This document shows, one piece after another, positions 57,478 through 64,000 of a DNA stretch of 64,000 nt; within the stretch, counting starts at the first letter, position 1; each line of letters begins with the position of its first letter. The stretch covers positions 7,378,001 to 7,442,000 of the forward strand of contig CM022678.1 in assembly GCA_012295275.1 (NCBI GenBank), read 5' to 3'. Position numbers and translations under genes: made by a program. The notes beneath the pieces are model-generated. The model saw only the letters and a program-made list of their open reading frames with translations, was not told the origin of the DNA and ran no database searches. Source of the DNA: Chrysomallon squamiferum. Its lineage: Eukaryota > Animalia > Mollusca.

Positions 57478-59183
57478 AGTACACTGTATTTGTACATTGT
57501 CTATTTGTGCTGTAAGAAAAAAGTGGTTATAACATCGTTGTTATGTTGTTTTAAGTGCGTTTATTTATTTTATTTTATTTTATTTTTTATTATTATTTAT
57601 AGATATTTTTTGCTGTTGTTGTTCGTGCATTATCTTTTTGTTTTTATTCTATTATTTATTTACTTTTTGTTGATTTTTTATTCTCACTTTATTATGAGCT
57701 TTCTCGCTTTAATTCATTCATTTAAAATATTATTTCTTCGTTCCTTATTCTTTCATTCAATCGTTCTGTCTTTCAACTTCGTATTTAATCCATGTACATT
57801 GACCCATCAATCCATCTCTGGTTATTTTTGTAATCTCACTCCTTACACCTTCATTATCTAACGGTAAACAAATTCATAATCATCTTTTAATTTACTATTA
57901 TCAGTCATCAGTTACAATCTTGTAATTTACTATGGATTTCACGTCAACTGATTATGTCATGTACTAATTACATGGATGTTTTTGTGGACTGTGATTCATG
58001 TTATGAAATAACAAGCTGTTTTTGTATTTCGATTCATGTTACCTTATTACCAGCATATCTATCCTGTTTTAATTTTCGGTGCAAAAAAAAAAAAAAAACA
58101 TAAAATGTCACAGCAAGGTCTAATTAGAACGTGGAAGAAAATAATAATAATCATCATCATCATAATCATAAAAAAAAAAACAGAAAGAAAGAAAGAACAG
58201 AAATTAGGAAGGTAATTGTAGAAAAATATGATTTTAATTTGTTATTGTTGTTACTCTAATTACTACTTCTACTATTACCACAGTTACCACCATTATTACT
58301 ACCACTACAACTATAAGCTCGACTACAACTACATTCTTCTTACTAATACTACTACTGCTACTACAGTTACTGGTAAAACTAGTAACATTTCAACCACTAC
58401 CTCTACTACATTCTACTATTTATATTAGTACTACTAGCACTTCTAGTATTTCTATTATTTTTCTAGTAATACTACTTTTCTTCCATTACTCTATTTCTAA
58501 TACTTTTACTACTACTACTACTACTATTATTACTACAAATAGTGTTATTACAAATATTAATTCTAGTGGTAATAATGATGGAAGTATACTGACGATTTTA
58601 ACAGTAGGAGTAGATAATAATAATAGTTGCAGTAGTTGTAGGAATAGTAGTTGGAATAACAGGAATAGTAATAGTAGTATGTGCTGTTGCTGTTGTTGTT
58701 GTTGTAGTAACGTAATAATAATGATATTAGTTGCAATGGTCGGCAGACGTTCTTTCATTTCTTTCTTTCAACACGTACTTCAAAAATTTACTCAAATTAC
58801 GCTAATACTTCTTTTGTCTTTACCAGTTGTCTCCCTTGATATTCTTCGCGTTGCCTTTACGGCATCTATTTGTTTTCTGAATGAAGTGTAATCATTTCTT
58901 TGGTACACTTTCAAAACAACTCTGCTAATGAGCTGTTATAATTAAGGATATTGTGTTTTCAGTGTGTGTCTTACTTTTAATATTGTTTCATATTCTGAAT
59001 AGTTTTAGCTTTCAGTTTGATGTATAAAGTCTGTGAGATATGAAAATAGCACTGAGCTTGTCATTTGACGACAGTTTCTTGAAAGAATTAACAGAGAGAA
59101 AGACGTACATAAATACATACATACACTTACATATATATATACTAGCATATACATACACACACACACACACATATATCTATCTA

Positions 59184-59230
<47 letters not shown>

Positions 59231-59258
59231 TAATAAAGAGAGACACAGAGAGAGAGAG

Positions 59259-59365
<107 letters not shown>

Positions 59366-59645
59366 GAGAAGAGAGAGAGAGAGAGAAGTGGGAGGAAAAC
59401 AGAAACACCTACAAAGACAATGAGAGACAGGCAAAAAGTATAGAAGAAATAAAATAAAACAAACCCAGAACTTTCTATAATTCTTTAAACGGAAACACAA
59501 ATAAACAGACAACCTCATACATTATCAGCCACAACCTAACACACACACACACACAACACAAACAATTCTAGAACGGCGACCTTTGACCCACACATTTACT
59601 ACTACGACTTACTCCGTACATAAAAACCACATAAAAAAAACTGAC

Positions 59646-59886
59646 CTATATTTTTCTCATCGAAGCACGTAAACGCGTTCCGGATGACTTCTTCCGGATC
59701 CGTGCCGTTCAGCTTCTCCCCAAAGAGGGTGAGAAACATCGTGAAGTTAATGGGGCCGGGCGCCATGTTGAGCATGCAGTCGAGGTCGTCCTCGGTGGGG
59801 TTCTTGCCGAGCGACGTGTAGATCTCGAACAGGTCCTCCTTGTCCACGAACCCGTCGCGGTTCTGATCTATCATGTTAAACGCCTC
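59646..59886 (-). CDS. Myosin regulatory light chain, coding exon 2 (EF-hand 1)
   Basis: The acceptor 'tttgtttccag' is followed by [81 protein letters not shown] and a 'gtcag' donor (phase 1). It has the canonical [12 protein letters not shown] loop and the [10 protein letters not shown] motif. Confidence 0.97.
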
Positions 59887-60162
59887 CTGGAAACAAAAGA
59901 AAATGTATAGAATAAAATAGAATAAATTGAATAATGATAATAATGATGATGATGATGATAATGATATTAATAATAATAATGATGATAATGATAATTAAGA
60001 TAATAATAATAATAATACAATAATAATAATAATGATGATGATGATGATGATGATGGTAATAATGATGATTATGATGATGATGATGATAATAATAACAATA
60101 ATACAATAATAATATTAATAATGCTGATGATGATGATGATAATGATAATAGTAAAAATAATA

Positions 60163-60200
<38 letters not shown>

Positions 60201-60693
60201 AATAAACAATATATGAAGATTTATTTTCACACACACACAAACACACACACAGATACATTCAGTTACCTGCATACATACACTCACACATACAGACAAACAT
60301 ATTTACATAATATTTAAAAATTACAGAAATATTTCCCTATAACTCTTACAATATGTACTGATAAACGAAAAAAACAAAAAACAACAACAAATGAACCACA
60401 ACAACAACAACAACAGCAACATAATAATAATAATAAGAAGAAGAAGAAGAAAAGAAAAAGAAGAAGAATTCTACAGTTACTATCCTTATATTATGCTAAC
60501 TGCGGAATGTAGATGTACAGAATAAAAGCGATTTTAAACGCGTATTGGAAAACGTATCTTAATGTTTAATATATGCATGAAAATAATATCCAAAAAATTA
60601 TAATTAAATTGTAGAGGAAATTATCCTTAAATTGGGCTTATAGTGGAATGAGTAGACATTCAGTTATTCTGCATTATTACAAGCTTCCTCAAA

Positions 60694-60760
<67 letters not shown>

Positions 60761-60995
60761 AGAATAAGAGAGAGAGAGATTATGAGACATAAATGGAATA
60801 TCTGGACAGAGAAGACTTTGATTTTAAACTCGTTATGTACTTAATTTCTGGAATAATTTGACCCAAACATTTTAAAAATTCTGATGACAAAACATGAACA
60901 AAAATAAAAGATGTTAACTGTCGAAAACAAAATGTGCGATATACATTATGTATAAGTTGTCTGCGAACAAATATGGTAAAATCGTCCTTCATATA

Positions 60996-61140
<145 letters not shown>

Positions 61141-61809
61141 CTAACATTATAAAACATTTCTCTATATTTAACATATAAAAGTTTTATTAAGGAAAACGCC
61201 TTCTACACTATAATCCTGAACAAGAATCCATAAAACAAACACAGAAACAAAACAGAGAAAAAAATCAACACCATTATATTCCAACGTTATATTATATAAC
61301 ATCATGTTAGAAATAGCAGAAACATAAAATATTAATCTGACATTAAATGCTATTTTCTGCAAATACATTAACACAATTATATTCTAAATAACGCTTCCAC
61401 TATTAAAAATAATGGGATATGGAACAAATTCCATTTTCTGAAGAAAAATAAAACCCAGATTATTCTAGAACAGACGCCTGCTGATGGAACTAATAGAAAT
61501 ATTAAGTATTAATATTACTTAAATTCGCTTTTCTTCAAACCAGTTGGCTTTGTTATTGTTGCTTTGTGTCCCTGTTACTGAATCACTCGGGTGATTAGAA
61601 AACAGTTACAGCGTTCAATGAAGAAGATGAAGAAGAAAAGAATTACCAGTTACAGTGCTTAACAAATTCAATATTAACGTTTTAACTGAGGAAGTGTAGA
61701 TCTGTATTCTCCTTTCTTTCTTTCTTTCTTCCTTTCTTTCTTTACTTCTTTCTTTCTTTCTTTCTTTCTTTATTTTACACACGTATAATGTTATTATTAT
61801 TACTATTTA

Positions 61810-61852
<43 letters not shown>

Positions 61853-61891
61853 CTTATTTATGTAACTATTATTATTATATTATTATTATTG

Positions 61892-61923
<32 letters not shown>

Positions 61924-62026
61924 GTTACTACTACCACTACTACTACTATTTATCTATTTATTTTGATTTTGTTATGCTTTTGTACCGGTGCATGGGTGCG
62001 TATGTACTGCTATATATATATATAAA

Positions 62027-62068
<42 letters not shown>

Positions 62069-62618
62069 CTTCTGTCTGTCTTTCCATTTTTCTGTCTGTC
62101 TGTCTATCTATCTGTCTATTTGTCTGTCTGTCTCTGTCTGTCTATGTTTTTCTTTATCTGTCTATGTATCTATTTGTCTGTCTGTCTGTCTGTCTGCATG
62201 TATGTCTTGTCTGTCTGTTTATCTATCTATCTATCTATCTATCTATCTGTCTACCTCTCTGTCTATCTATCTATCTGTATATCTGCCTATCTACCTGTCT
62301 GTCTATCTATCTATTTGTATATCTACCTATCTACCTGTCTGTCTATCTATCTATCTATCTATCTGCCTATCTATCTATCTGTCTATCTATCTATCTATCT
62401 GTATATCTACCTATCTATCTGTCTGTCTGTCTGTCTATATATTTACTATTTGTATATCTGTATATCTATCTATCTGTCTCTATCTATCTATCTGTCTGTA
62501 TATCTATCTACCTATCTATCTGTCTGTCTATCTATCAATCTATCTATCTATCTACCTGTGAGTCTAGCTATCTATATATATATATTATATATTACACGTG
62601 TAAATAAAACAGTTTTAC

Positions 62619-62720
62619 TTTGAACTCTTGTATCTGCGCCTGGTTGAACATGGCGAACACGTTCGACGTGTAGCGCTGAGTTCTCGTCCGCTTGTTCTTC
62701 TTCGTCTTCATGCTCGACAT
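62619..62720 (-). CDS. Myosin II regulatory light chain (sqh/MYL9/MYL12-like), coding exon 1
   Basis: The reverse complement reads ATG at 62720 then [34 protein letters not shown], followed by a GT donor (62618-62617, phase 0). TSNVFAMF and QIQEFK are hallmark RLC motifs. A 'tttcag' acceptor ending at 62744 implies a 5'UTR intron. This exon is missing from the ORF track. Confidence 0.96.
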
Positions 62721-62777
62721 CTTCAACAGCTACCACGACAACGCTGAAAGTAAAACACAGACTGTTTAGTTCAGGAG

Positions 62778-62890
<113 letters not shown>

Positions 62891-63218
62891 GACAGTTAAA
62901 GAAAGAGATTAAAGTGGAAAGGATAACATTTACAAACATATATATATATGCGTGTGAGTGTCTGTATGTGTGTGTGTCTGTCCGTGTTTGTGTGTGTGTG
63001 TGTATGTCTCTAAATGAATAACAAATTAAAGTTTTCTAAACCGACTATTCGAGACTGTGATTTAAACAGTAAATCTAACAAACAAACTGATACACAGAAC
63101 TGTGATTAGCTGCTGGTTTGAAACAGTGTTTGAAAATGTCTGTCATCATATAAACTGCTATGTTTGAAATCAGGGCCAGTGTTAAAAGATATAGGGGCGT
63201 TCAGAGGGTATTTCGTTT

Positions 63219-63264
<46 letters not shown>

Positions 63265-63890
63265 GTAACATATTAAGGCTGTGACGGAGTATTTAAAAAC
63301 AAATTCAGACTTTATATTTATATTGGTATCTGATGTTAGAAATAGAAAAAAAATAACCAGTATGTTCCAGTTAAGAAACTAAAAACTTTAATTTTTGTAT
63401 TAAAATCCATGTTAGAATTGTTAGCAATTTAACACAGAGCTGCTATAGAGACGTGATCAGTCAGTTCAAATGTTGACGTTAAACAAATCAAATATTACAA
63501 ATGTCGACAGTGTGGCGTTTGTGCTTATTACATTTTTTTTTTTTCATTTTTCATTTTATTTGTTTATTATTTATTTATTCATTTATATATTTATTATTAT
63601 TATTATTATTATTATACAATCTAGACTGTATAATTATTTTTACAAAACGTTATATAACACACACCCCTCCCATAACGCCAGTGACCAAAGTCCATTCATT
63701 CATCAGTCACATCACATCTGTCATTACATGAATGTTTTGAAAACAGTATGCTAGATAAATAACATTCGTTATTGCCATATATATATATATAATGAGAGGT
63801 AAGAGTGAACATGTATTGATAACAATAATGTTAATAATAATAATACCAATAGCAAAAAAAATGAGAACAGAATCATCAAAAACAAAATCA

Positions 63891-63941
<51 letters not shown>

Positions 63942-64000
63942 TAAAAATAATAATATAAATAATAAATAATAATGATGATGATAATAATAATAATAATAAT

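Overview
This window is AT-rich, microsatellite-saturated eukaryotic DNA from an animal, probably a mollusc or other lophotrochozoan (inference). Almost all ORFs in the supplied track are simple-repeat artefacts. Three spliced genes can be reconstructed by hand. (1) A + strand gene (about 17173-20188, 3 exons, about 590 aa) encodes a PAN/apple-like domain, an EGF domain and four degenerate ~110-aa repeats. (2) A tentative - strand gene (about 30210-44083) encodes a C-terminally anchored membrane protein with RVxF/GILK PP1-docking-like motifs. (3) A - strand myosin II regulatory light chain gene (56451-62720, 196 aa) has an unusual C-terminal extension. The left 24 kb is built from overlapping inverted duplications. 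The largest has arms at about 9240-12502 and 16274-23840 and carries gene (1) in only one arm. In the other arm the whole 3.35-kb coding block is absent, and the junction retains parts of both flanking GACGTCA repeats. Gene (1), and gene (2) if its last exon is right, end inside minisatellites that include the stop codon. An 8.4-kb hierarchical, strand-asymmetric (GAAC-rich) satellite lies at 44680-53120. No prokaryotic system, CRISPR array, rRNA or clear tRNA was found. All alignments were made by eye.
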